Part shown: positions 1-12,200 of the stretch, piece after piece
How positions within the stretch are numbered: the first letter of the stretch is position 1
How the letters are laid out: every line of letters starts with the position of its first letter
Assembly (NCBI GenBank): GCA_051362555.1
Contig: CM120640.1
Location: 13,206,001-13,270,000, forward strand
DNA from: Lingula anatina
Taxonomy: Eukaryota; Animalia; Brachiopoda
Length of the DNA: 64,000 nt
Direction: 5' to 3'
Program-made: the position numbers and the translations under genes
The notes under the pieces: model-generated
Database searches by the model: none
Told to the model about the DNA's origin: nothing
The model's input: the letters and a program-made list of their open reading frames with translations, nothing else

Positions 1-1295
1 TCATAAAATAATTTAGCTTCATTAAGTATTTCCTTTTGATCAAAAATAACAGTACCGTCTTGCAGTTCTAGATTTTGTATAGTTTTGTTCACGTAATGTC
101 TAGATTCTAGAAAACAGAAGTATTTTGTCGGCTTCTCACCTTCTTCCACCCACCTTGCTTTTGCTCGCAAAAGGATACCTTTTAGTTTCTTCTGTCTTAT
201 GTTTTTCAATTCTGTCTTTTTTGCTTCCAATAGATCTGAAATGTCTTGGAATTGAGGATTAGTTTCTAGTTCATTTATTGAGTTTTCCAAATCATTTTCG
301 AGTTTACAGGATTGCTTATTTCTGTAAGAGGAATATGATATAGTCGCGCCTCTAATTTCCATTAAAAGAGTTTCAAAAAATAGCGAGTCATCAATTATGA
401 AGGTAATAGACCTGTTCGGAATGTCCTCTATATGTTCCAAATTATATACGGGGATTGTATACTGTCTCTTAACTTTTAATATCGTTTCCTTAATTTTAGT
501 TACATATTCCACGTCATTTAAGAGAGTATTATTAAAGATCCAAGTCCCCCTGCCTTTGATGAATTTATTTAATTTTAGTTCTAGTATTATTGATGAGTGG
601 TCAGAACGGTAACCTGCATTTATAGAAATGTTGTTTACAGAATTTTGTAGGTTATCGGCAATCAAGAAAAAATCGAGCCTAGCTTGCCTCAACGGATTCC
701 TTCTTCTCCACGTAAACCTTCTTTCTCCTGGATACAATACTCTGAAAAAGTCAATTATATCAAGATCATTCATTATTTCAATTACTTTCTTCCTTGCTCT
801 GGGGTTATTTACATGACGGTAATTGCTTGAATCTAGCACCGGGTCTAAAACGAGATTAAAATCTCCACAGATGATAAAGTTTTCATTATTAAAATCGACA
901 ATAGTTTGTCGTATTTGTTCGTAGAAATCAGGGCTATCTCTATTAGGACCATATATGTTAATTAAAGTAAATCGGACTTTGTTTATACCAATATCCAACG
1001 CTAAGAGATTGCCATCATTTGTTTTTTGTTCTTTAAAAAATTCAAACTCGAAGTTATTATTAATTAGAATGGCCACCCCTCGGGCATTTGTAGAAAAGGA
1101 GTTAAAGTAACCCTTGTAACCCCATTCTAAAACTGCTCGTTTCTCATCTTCTGTGCTAAAATGCGTGTCTTGCAAACACAAAATATGGTAGTTTTTAGTT
1201 CTATAAAAATTTAGGACATCTCTTCTCTTCTCCGGGGTGCCCAGGCCTTGACAATTACAGGAGACTACCTTTATCGGGTTTATCGTGTCCTTCAT
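1..1295 (-). mobile_element. L1/Tx1-clade non-LTR retrotransposon ORF2, N-terminal APE endonuclease and linker; runs off the left edge of the window
   Basis: Manual translation from ATG 1295 is open to position 3 (~431 codons): MKDTINPIKVVSCNCQGL..ILCLQDTH..ARGVAILI..LINIYGPN..IICGDFNLVLD..FTW..QARLDFFL..YRSDHS..GTWIFNNTLL..RAKARWVEEGEKPTKYF. These are canonical APE and L1/Tx1 linker motifs. The ORF track misses it because no stop falls inside the window. Confidence 0.95.
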
Positions 1296-1338
1296 ACGGC
1301 TCTAAAAGTGAAAAGAAGTGTATAAATACATATGCTGG

Positions 1339-1370
<32 letters not shown>

Positions 1371-1374
1371 TATA
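1339..1374. repeat. (TA)n microsatellite upstream of LINE ORF2
   Basis: Seen directly. Confidence 0.9.
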
Positions 1375-1691
1375 TAATTATAAACCTGCATTCTACTGTG
1401 ATATACCAGGGTCTAGCATAATGTGACCCATGTGTAAAGACGCTTAATAGTCTAGGATAACCTAAAGAAAACACACTATAAGGGAATACATTGTGGCATT
1501 GTATAACCAAACAGCTAATTATCAACATCCACACACTCAGCCACACACTCACTGTCAAATGACTACCACACAGATGCATTGAGAAACAACATGCACATGC
1601 ACACGTATTAACTGTCATTGAACTACTAACTATATACAGTTCACGCTACAGTCCCCGCTCTTTATTAAGCTAACACGTTAAATTGTCATAA

Positions 1692-1724
<33 letters not shown>
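1692..1724. repeat. 33-nt poly-G (poly-C on the LINE strand), possible 5' boundary of the LINE copy
   Basis: The run is seen directly; the boundary role is inference. Confidence 0.8.
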
Positions 1725-1725
<1 letters not shown>

Positions 1726-2320
1726 ACAGTGTTTAGCAGTTAGACATGTAGAGATGTTCATCTTATACGTAGCTTAGACATTTTCTGGGTTGTGATCTAC
1801 GCTTAGTTTCTGAAAAAATACCTAAAATTAATATTTCAAAGTTGAATATTGAACACTTTTATTACAAAGGATGTTTTGTGCATTATTCAGCACTGAGGTT
1901 GTTGTACATTCACTACACCAACAAAGAATTGTGTATATTTCATCATTTTTTGTATAATGTAGTTTTATCTCAGTTTATATCTGATTGATAAAGAAAGTGC
2001 ACCAAAGTTCAATAAACTTTTTTTTATAATGAAAAAATTGTCAAAATATAATTTATAAACTATTTTAAAAACTCTTTATCATATCATGTCATGTTAATGG
2101 CCAAAACAAGTGATTGGAAACCCTGTATCAATCCCATTAATGGTTCTCAAAAATGCAAATATCCCTTACAGTTGCATCATAGGTCACATGATTATGTGAT
2201 TATGCTGTCACATTCAGAAAGGCCTTTAATTCCTGGTCTGCATATTAAAATCAGGGTCAGTATATCATTTTCTAATTCACTCAGCTGATTAACTTCTGTT
2301 ATTGTTTTTTTTTTCTTTAG

Positions 2321-5059
2321 ACAATCCAGGAGGCAGCTCCTCCACCTCCACCCCCAAATCTGGAAGAAATTTTTGGTATGTTGAAAATTCAGCCAAGGGT
2401 ACGACAGGATCATGGGCAGTCTATTTCATTAGAAGGTAGTGTTACCTCTCCTGCTCAGAGCCACAGGGATGTGGGCGTGTCTCCATTCAGTACACCCCCA
2501 GGGAGTGTGTCTGAGTTCTTCCAACCTACAATTGATGTGCTGCCTCCACAGGAACAGGAGGTGCACTTAACATTACAAACCCCAAGACCTGCAATAAGTG
2601 ACTCCCATGATAGTGGGCATGTATATGGACACTCCCACACTAGTGTAGCAAACAAAAGACAAAATGGGCATTTAAGAGCAAACACTTTGAATTCAGCCAC
2701 CTTGCCACACCCTGGACAGCAGAGCAGTGTCCACCAAGAGTATGGTAGTCCATTTGGGGCCAGGGTTTTGGACGCTGCAACTAGTTTGCCTGATATCTCT
2801 ATGAACAGAAATGGACACAGTCATATGGATTCTCCTGTACTTTCCATGGGTCACAGGAGTACCAAAAAGTCGCACACAAGATCTGGGTTAAGATCAAGCA
2901 ATACTCACAGTGACCATGACAGTAGACTTTCCAGTGAAGACTATGTTACACATGATGATGATACAGTTTACTTCAAGGATGAAGATTACTATTCGTCTGA
3001 CAATCATCTGGATGGCAGTTATGATGGAGACATTAGAAAGGTAACTTGGAACAAGGCTAATGTTGGATTTAGTGCCCATGCTGCTAGTGGTAGTGATCCT
3101 GTCAACTCTGTCATTCCTGAAGATCGACGTCTGCGATGGGAAGATTACAGAGATCTGGGTGCTCAGGTTTCTGGGGGTGAATCAGGTATTAATAACTTTT
3201 GTTTAATAAAATATTGACATCTGCTTTGTGAAAAAAGTGTTTCTTTTTAAATGATGAGTCATGAGTTTTTATGATTGTGTAAATCCTTTTACATGCCCCA
3301 GCTGACTTATATATATTAATCATAAAATGAATCTTATACTGTGCACTAAAAATTGTTGGAATAACCCACAAATGCCTGTGTAACTTTTTTAAAAGCAAAT
3401 TTTACTGCCTTGGTTGATATGCTTTGCTGTTAGGTATTTGTCTCTTTCTTATATAATATCTTAAAATAAATGTTAATTTCTTGATTAATGGTTGAAAGCA
3501 ACATTTGCTGTAATATTCCCAATTTTTTTTATGAAGTTGGCATCCTGAATCGGTTGTTGGCCTCCTCTGCCACTGAACTTGCCAGCCCCACAGATGTCAA
3601 GACAGGCAGCACTCAGAGTACACAGAAACATGTCAGAGAGGAAAGACAAGAGGATGAAGGATTCTATTCTCCAAGTCATCGTTCTAAAGATCATTCCAGG
3701 AGCAAGGTAATGCCCAGGGTTCAGTTTCAAATAATATACAGTCACACATATTTTTTTGTTTTTTTTTCCAGATATTTTTTCTGTTTGCTTAGTTTATGAA
3801 TCACTGGCCTTCAAAAACTGGTGCTTCAAAATGTTTGTTAAGACTGCAGTCTTTGGTGTTTTAATTAAAGCACAAATTATTATTTTAGATTTTAAGTCAC
3901 TGAACTAGTGTCTTGCATGTAAGATAATAAGAAAATGCCCCTTTGAATGAAAATGCAATTAAGTAAGGTGATTTAAAGTGGTACGTTTGTGGTCTGTTTT
4001 AAGGAATTTAAGTACAGATGTTCATTTAGTATTTGATGAATTTTGCTGCGCAAGAAAGATTATTGTCATGCCCATTTTTGTACCGTTTTTTTAGGTTTAT
4101 AGACAGTGATTTATTTATCCTAACTATTTCAGATGTATCTCCCCTCAGAGCCAAGAATGGTTGAGTTGTTTAAGGGTGATCAGGGGTTTGGGTTCAGTCT
4201 TGTAGGCTCCACAGAGACAGGGTCCTATGTCACTGGCATCCTGCCAGGTGGGCCCTGTGATGGTGTCCTGTACAGAGGAGACCAGATTATTATGGTCAAT
4301 AATATGAAGATAGGTAATTCTCAAACTTTGCAACTGAGTGGTGTTAAAGCAAATAAGTGAAAGTTCTTCAAAGTTTCATTTTTGAAGACCAGTGGTGTCT
4401 CCCAGCCCTTTTGTTTTGTGTTCCAGAAATATACTGATGCAGTTTGTTTTTCTGCTGGTGCTTCAAATATGTGGTTAAGTAAAGTTGCCAGTTGATCTTG
4501 GAACATTTCTTTCTATTCTGCTGTTATCATGTTATGTTAATCATTGATGTTAACTTAAAGAAATTTTGTTTGGAATCATTCAGATGTATTGATTTATCAG
4601 TACATATCCTTTCATTTTAGACCGAATGTCCTATGTGAAGACAGCACAACTTTTCAAGGTGATATATTTTCTGTCTGTGATAATGTCATGTAATGTCATT
4701 TGTAAAGGAAAGTGAAAATAATTTTAATTAATCATTATTAATATTTGAAATGACTAACAAGTTATGTTAGCACTTATTTTTTCAGTCTTACATTTTCTTA
4801 AGATCAGATTCTTGTATTTTCCAGTCCATTCCTGCAGCATCTTCAGTAATGTTGATGGTAAAACACAATAGAAAAGGTATGCATTGCCATAAGGAAAACA
4901 TTCTTCAGTTTATCAGATGATTAATTTTTTTTAATTTAAAATGCCAGATTACATATATAACATTTTGTTTTGTCTGTCTGGGAAAAAGTTATATTATACT
5001 CATCTGGAACCTGTTTGTTTTAAGGTTTGGAGGAGTTGGAAGCTGTCCTTTCTGATTGA
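2321..5059 (+). CDS. 3' exons of a protein with a Pro/Ser/His-rich disordered region and a C-terminal PDZ domain; 5' exons lie outside the window
   Basis: Phase-consistent GT-AG exons 2321-3185, 3537-3706, 4133-4313, 4621-4658, 4825-4876, 5025-5059 (TGA 5057-5059). PDZ signature: VELFKGDQGFGFSLVG..SYVTGILPGGPCDGVLYRGDQIIMVNN..MSYVKTAQLFK..VMLMVK. Confidence 0.85.
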
Positions 5060-8000
5060 CCTTCCTATCACCGCACTAAGTCTTCCACAGATTTCCATGA
5101 CAGAAAGCTCATCTGAAGTAATAACCAGAGGATGCCTTGTTTACTGATGCCATTTGATAAAAGAAGTACTAAATTTTGCTTTGTTTATTATTATTATTTT
5201 GTTTTTTGGAAAAGTTATTTTTGAGGGGGTTTATGTTTAGGTGAATACCTTTGTGCAACTCTACTTTTTGGGTTGTTTGTTTACAATGTTTGCTTACCTA
5301 AGTGCTTTTGCATGCGCATTTTGCAAGGTACGATTGTATGTAATGGAGGTTCTATTTCTTTGATGGGACAGCTTTCAGAACTGTCTGATGCTTTTACTCA
5401 CTTATTAAGGAGTCCCCTCATTTTTGGACTTGGAATTTTTACATGTTGTTTAATATTATATTATATAGGGTTAAAAATTAGAACCTGTGCAAAGTAACTC
5501 TGTACATAAATCACGAAAAGATTTATTCTGTATGTGATCACTGTTTCCATCTTTATTTACTTGTGATTTTTATCAGAGGTGTCTTCGTTGTATTGCACTA
5601 ATTTGTAGTGGTAATATCATTTCATTAATGAAGTATAGGCCTTGCAATAAGATTTACTATAATTTCACCAGTGGCTTAAAATTATTTTACTGGGGTGGAA
5701 AAAGTGTTACTTATTATAAAATACTCCTTCAATCCCAATTCAATTTATACATCAGTTTGGTTTTTTATGATGGTATTAAATTTTAACAGCCTTGTCTTTC
5801 TTCAGTTTGGTATTTGACACCACTCTCCTTATATCTGTATATCATATTAGTTTTATTTCTTCATTTTTAACTAATTCTAATAATGAATCTATCATATATT
5901 ATTGAATTTAGTTATTATTAATTGCATTCCAAATACATGAAATAGCCATGTTTATGTTGATATTTTATAACAAGTAAAATCAGATTTTACATTTATTGTA
6001 TACTTCATTCAAATTGTATGAAATTCAGGTATATTTTGATTGAATTATGGTGGCATTCCATTATAACTTTTGCCAATCAGTTAAATCCATTGAAGGGGAA
6101 TGCTTACACCAGAAATAATATTTGTTAAGGTTTTTATTATTGTGATCAGTGTTATGTAAAAAGAGGGGATTGCATGTTTTTGTTTAGGTATAAGATATTA
6201 TTGGGATTTATTTTTGTTTAATTAAGTGTTCTGCCTTAAAGTGTACAAATGAAACAATCATCATTTATATTGTGCATTAGGCTTTCTCATCCCCTGGTTC
6301 TTTAGAAACAAAACAGAGAACTTGAGATCCAATATCACCTGAAATTGACTCAACTGTCATATATTCTAGCTGTCACCGGCACAAGACAGTTGAAGATCAG
6401 TAATTACAGCAAGTCATTTAGCACTATAATAGTTTGCAACCACGGGTTAATCATCTGTGTTGTTTGCAGAGGAATTACAAAGGTTGTTTTTCTGATTACA
6501 ATAAATAAGGTATCCCCAACAATTTAACATACAAGTCCTAGGTTTAAATTTGAACACAAGATGAACAGCCAGTATCATGGTGAAGCCTATCAGAAGTGTG
6601 GGTTTTTCTCGTCACTGTGAATGCTAGGAAGATGTAAATGATTACTTTATGATACTAGATGTTCAGGCCAGATATTCACTTTGTATTGTAACCAAAACAG
6701 CTCATTTTGTGTTATTATTTTTACTGGGTAGAGGGATTTAAAAAAAACATTTCCTTTTTTAAAATCATTTTACACTTTATACATGCCATCTGTTCTTGTT
6801 CAACATGATTCTTGTGCATCCAAGCAATATTGATTCCATCTTTATATTATTTTACTTTAGTTTGTAGGATGTTTATGCTTGATTTGTTGATTTTTGTCAA
6901 TATTTATTATCAAGTTAGTTTATGAGCAATAAGGAGCAAATAATAATGTTATTATTAAATTGATTTAAAATTTATTTCAAAACTATTGTTATACATATTA
7001 GTTTTTGCTGTTATTATGTTTTAAAGATGAATAATGTAGCACGTTGGATACAAAACAAATGGTGTTATGTGGAAATTTTGCAGATCTGACCTGTTATCAT
7101 TTACAAAACTACTGCAAATATTATGGTTCAATTCTTTATTATTATTGTAGTCAAATCAAAACCCTGAAAATGATTGAGTGATCATGTCAGGTTTTCACAT
7201 GTTAATACTCAAAGACTTGTATTGTCAAGAACCATTGACACTAATATTATACGCAAAGTAGCACACTTGATTCCCAAACAAGTAAAACGCCACTGGTTTA
7301 GGGTTCTTTTTCAGATATGGCTAATTTATTTAATTACAGATGTTAAGTAGTAGCATTTATAAAACCTACCATATGCAATTATTACGAATACTAAATTTAA
7401 AGATGGTTTTCTTATGCTTTCAAAACTCACTGCTGTTAGACATAATATGGTAAGCTTTTTTAGATTAAATTGAGTTTGAATTGTTTGGGGAAAGATAGTT
7501 TAGCTATTATCAATGTTAGTTGATTGTGATACTTATAACATATCAAATGCAAACTGATAGCAATAAAATGTTAGCAATATTATGAAGACTGAGGTGTTAT
7601 TTCTACTAATTTCAATGGCTGAAGTTGTCTGAGTTTTCACCTCAGGAGCTAGTAGTTGAATTGACCACTGGCCAGAGTATATCTTAGACTATCAAATGCC
7701 TTTTTGGAACAGGGTGCAGACAAACTGATTAAGGTGCCTCTTATCTTGTCAATATATTATTTTAATGTAGTACCAGTCACACAGCAGTCAGACTCTGTCA
7801 ACACTGTTTTCCTTGGGAAAATAGCAAATTTCTTAAAAACCATTGCTCAACCTTTGCCTGCACTTGGATTTGATGTTTTGTATGATTTCTAATTATATAA
7901 TTTTAGGAGGGTTTGTCAATTTCACAACACCTGATTGGTATCATGAATACCCCAGAGGCAAGTAAAGAAGGGATATCAGTTTTTATGTGGCAAAAGTGAC

Positions 8001-8908
8001 CCAAGATGTCACAATTAACCTTCATTAGTTTACAATAATGATAAACTGAAGCAACGTACCAGCATGACTATAGTGTTTGCTTTCAGCAACTTTCTTCAAA
8101 TTGACTTAGGTATATTAAAATAAATACCCAAACCAAGTATAGTGTAAATAATATGCAAACTATGGAATAAAATTCATGTATCATTTTAAAAGTATTCCTC
8201 CTTATGGAAGAAACCTTTATTGAAATGCATTACTTTGTTTTCTTATACTTAGTCTAAAAACTAAGACATTTTACTAAAAATGAAACTGAAAAATACAAAG
8301 CAGCTTCAATCTTATAGTATAAAGTAAAAACCACTAAAAGTTTTCTTACAACAGCTAACAGCAGTTTCCTAACTCTGCAAATAAGCTTACTGTAGTGTAT
8401 TATAACCATTTATTATATAATATTTATATCAAAATAAGACAACACTAGAACATTAAATTCCATTGTACTGTATAAGACTATGGAACTGGAAGCCTTCCAA
8501 TCACCGTCTATCATATCCACAGGTCCTGCCGATTTGGTTAATGTTTAAACTGCAAACATTAAAAGGCTTTATGACTAAAAAGTCTTGGATGAAATTTTCC
8601 AAAAAACAAGATTATTTTCAAACTTTAACTTATGTGGTAATATTATGAAATGGACAAAATATGAATAAATGTATATATTATGTAGTAAAAATATATAATG
8701 TAGTCAAATATATATAATGCATAAATATATAAACCAGATATCTTCTACATCAGTTTCTATTCTCTTGACAAAAAGGACACATTATTATACAATGCTGAAG
8801 TCCAATAAAGCAAACAAAGAAAAAGGGCAATTTCCTAAGCAAAGCAACAATAAAGGCAATAGAAATGTTACGCATTTAATAAAAATATTATGCATCTTTA
8901 TACCATAA

Positions 8909-8956
<48 letters not shown>
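8909..8956. repeat. Compound (CT)n(AT)n microsatellite
   Basis: Seen directly. Confidence 0.9.
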
Positions 8957-8957
<1 letters not shown>

Positions 8958-9251
8958 ATTTTGATATACACTAAATATAGACCCATTTGTTTTCGACTAA
9001 TAACAAATACCCAAGTTCACCAATCTAGGACTATGCAAGTAATTTTTTCTACTTTGCCCCATTAGTCTTATTCCAATAAAACGTTTTAAAAAATACTAAT
9101 TAAAAAAATAGCCATAATCAGGGAAAAGCTACATGTATATCACAAGTCTTTGCATGTTTTCTCACATTTAATCATTTCTGATTGAGGCCCAATCAAGAAC
9201 ACTGATAAAATACTTAACATTAACAAGGAGCATTAAAGATGACATATTTTA

Positions 9252-12200
9252 TCACTCTGCATGAACCCGCGACATTCGCAGCTGTCTTTGAGAGCGCCTT
9301 TCTTCGTGCCAGGTATACACAGTTTCTACTGCTTCAAAGTAATCTTCCTCCTTGACATTGAAACGAAGAAAGAGGTACAGGCTGAAAGTTACTGCCAAGA
9401 TGAATCTACTGTACGACATAACAGGATGAAGCCACAGTATCACAAGAAAACACGAGATTCCAGGATGACGCATGTGCTTGTACAGTCTTTGCATGCTGCG
9501 TGATGTGTGTTCCTCTGGAGGACCAGTTCCAACACTGTAGTAATAAACCTAAAAAGACAGGGTAAAAAGATTTTTTAAAAATTTTCATGCAAAAGTGTAT
9601 TTGTTTTTTTAATCTGATAATTTTGAAGAATTTGAGTGACAACTCTAAAAAATTTAAAGATCTGGATAAGCTCATAAAATGACATATGCTAGTAAACTAT
9701 ATTCATTAGATATATAGAACAACTAATGCAAGAAAAAAGTTATTTAATTAAACAAAAGAAAAATAAAGATGCCATATATAAATCATTAATTTATTGACAG
9801 CAAGAAAATATAATCCTACTCTGTAAGTCTTGGCAGACTGCAGGACAATGCCTTTACTAATACAACAAGAATGTTTTGTGACAAACATTCAACTGAACAT
9901 AGGAAAAACAACCCGCCCTTATCTTGCAAACTTGAAGTCAACTTCACTTTTTTGGCAGGAATTCTGTAACTATTCAGCAATCTTTTCCAAGTATTTTCTT
10001 AACCACCTGCAACATCTAAGACCATTTTTGTTTAACTGACTGACATGTCCTAGGGCAGCAATGCTAGGTGATCGCACACCTGCAGGAATGTGATACGTTT
10101 ATGTAACTTCTACGAATTGACATTGCTTAGCTTCTTGCGGTGACACAAAGCTTGAGGCAGTCAAAAAGATGGCTTTAAACATACCAGTAAACTAGCATAA
10201 CAGCAGTTCAGGCAAATGTTTGAAGGCCACATCATAAAAGCAACATTATGTCTTTTCTGAACTTAAATAAATATACAGTCACATGAACTCTGGCATGTGA
10301 TCATCTTTGTTTCTAAAGGTTTTAAGTGTTCCATGTTTCTATTTTCACCATCTAACTCTAGTTTCTATGCAGGAAGCCTTCAAGGCACAAGGGACAGAGA
10401 ACAGCTTAACAGAAAATAGTATTAGTTTTTTCTTTACGTTATCCACTGGAACACTGGGTAACTTTTCAAATGTTAGAGCAAATTTATTCATTAAGGTTTT
10501 CATGGTGAAAGCACACTACTCAAAGCAAAAAGGGTGAAAAAATCTTTTCAATATGATGCACCTGAAAGTTATATATCTTTCTAATTTAAAAATTGAAATC
10601 TCTTAAGACACTGTGACTAACAATGTATTACAATATATTTTAAATATATATTAAAATTATAAAAATCATAACTATAATTACAATGAAGAACATCAAATAA
10701 TTGTCCTGGAAGTTGGAGTTGGTACTTAGTAATAACAGCAAGGTTTTTAACACTACAAAACTGTCCACTTTCAAAAAAGTTACCTTAAAATTAAAAAAAA
10801 AGGTGAAGATAAAAAAGCAAAGGTTAGATCTAAACTATTTACACAGAAATTATTTCCTCAACTATGTATATAGCAGATCCAAAATGCTTAATCTGATGAT
10901 CAGCACTATTGATTTTATTGCACACCAGTCCATCAATGCTTACTATAATTGCAACTTTTGAAAGAAAGTTAAGGTTTTGCTTAAAACAGGGACAACCCAT
11001 AGTTGATCAAAATGCACTAGCTTGGACATAATAACAAATTCGTTATTATGTCCAAGACTAGGTACCAAGCACTTACTGTGCTGAATTTAATTAACCTTTA
11101 AATCAATTCTAATTTTAAAAAGAAACCACTTTTGACATCATCCATTCATATTTTCCCTTTAAATCATAGGGCAACTGAATACTTTATCTACACTACATAA
11201 CCTCTTGAGAGTATCCATGTCCAGGTTCTTCATTTTGCATTAAAGGAAACCAAAGACTGGGTTCTTATTAACCTATGGTACTAGCAGGATCGATCCCACT
11301 CCGAGGGTATTCTCACTAAATTGAATTCATCTTAAGCGGCTTAAATTTCTGTCACGGCCACTGAAGCTGCAAGGGGGAAATTAACTTTCTTGCATGCTTA
11401 AACTGAATCCAATTTAGCGAGAATCCCCTCAGAGACATTTTGATCCTGCTAGTACGATAGGGTTATTGGAATGGTCCCTAAGGGTTAGTGATGATTATGC
11501 ACAACTAATACATTTGGCATTACCTATTTACCTGGAAAATGTATGAAAAGGTGGAAGTGACCAGAGGCTGGCGCAATTAAATCAAGTCCACTAATACATC
11601 AAAACATTCAGACGCATGCATGCATACAAATTAGAAATCAAATAAAGGAAAATGGTTATAACCAAACTTAATTGCCAGCAGTATGTCTTTTTAATCTGGA
11701 ACATTTTTTTTTTTTTTTTGCTTATTTTGAGATTTTTTATGAAAAAGGAGGCAGGTGGGGAGTAGAGGGCAAGAAGCCTGTATTAACATTACTGACGATT
11801 TAATATATTTGTTAAAGGTTATTTCAGCAACATGGTACAAAGAGATGGGTTGCTTGGATTGCAGGTGTATGTGATAAGACAATGTTTAAGGACAGACCAA
11901 GTTAAATCTCTTGAGCACGTGTACTTATTAACCTTCATATTCATATTTTGATTAAAACATGTTTACTTGATTGCTCCACTGATCTACTTTATTCTCTTTC
12001 GTACATGTCCCGAACCTTCCAAGGACAACCTACAATTTTTGACTTATAGCCCCTCAATTTCTGAGGGAAGGACTATATAAGTAAAAGCAAACTCTTACAC
12101 TCACATTCATCTTAATTGCATTTCATATTCTCATTTCACAGACATTTCCTCTCTCACAGAATGCAAGTTGTGATAGATCATAGATGGGAGGCATCCACAG

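Noticed and set aside
397-816. Plus-strand ORFs of 71 and 62 aa
   Set aside because: Antisense shadows of LINE ORF2.
1292-1618. 108-aa ORF as LINE ORF1
   Set aside because: Low complexity, runs through the (TA)n repeat, and has no coiled-coil, RRM or zinc-knuckle features.
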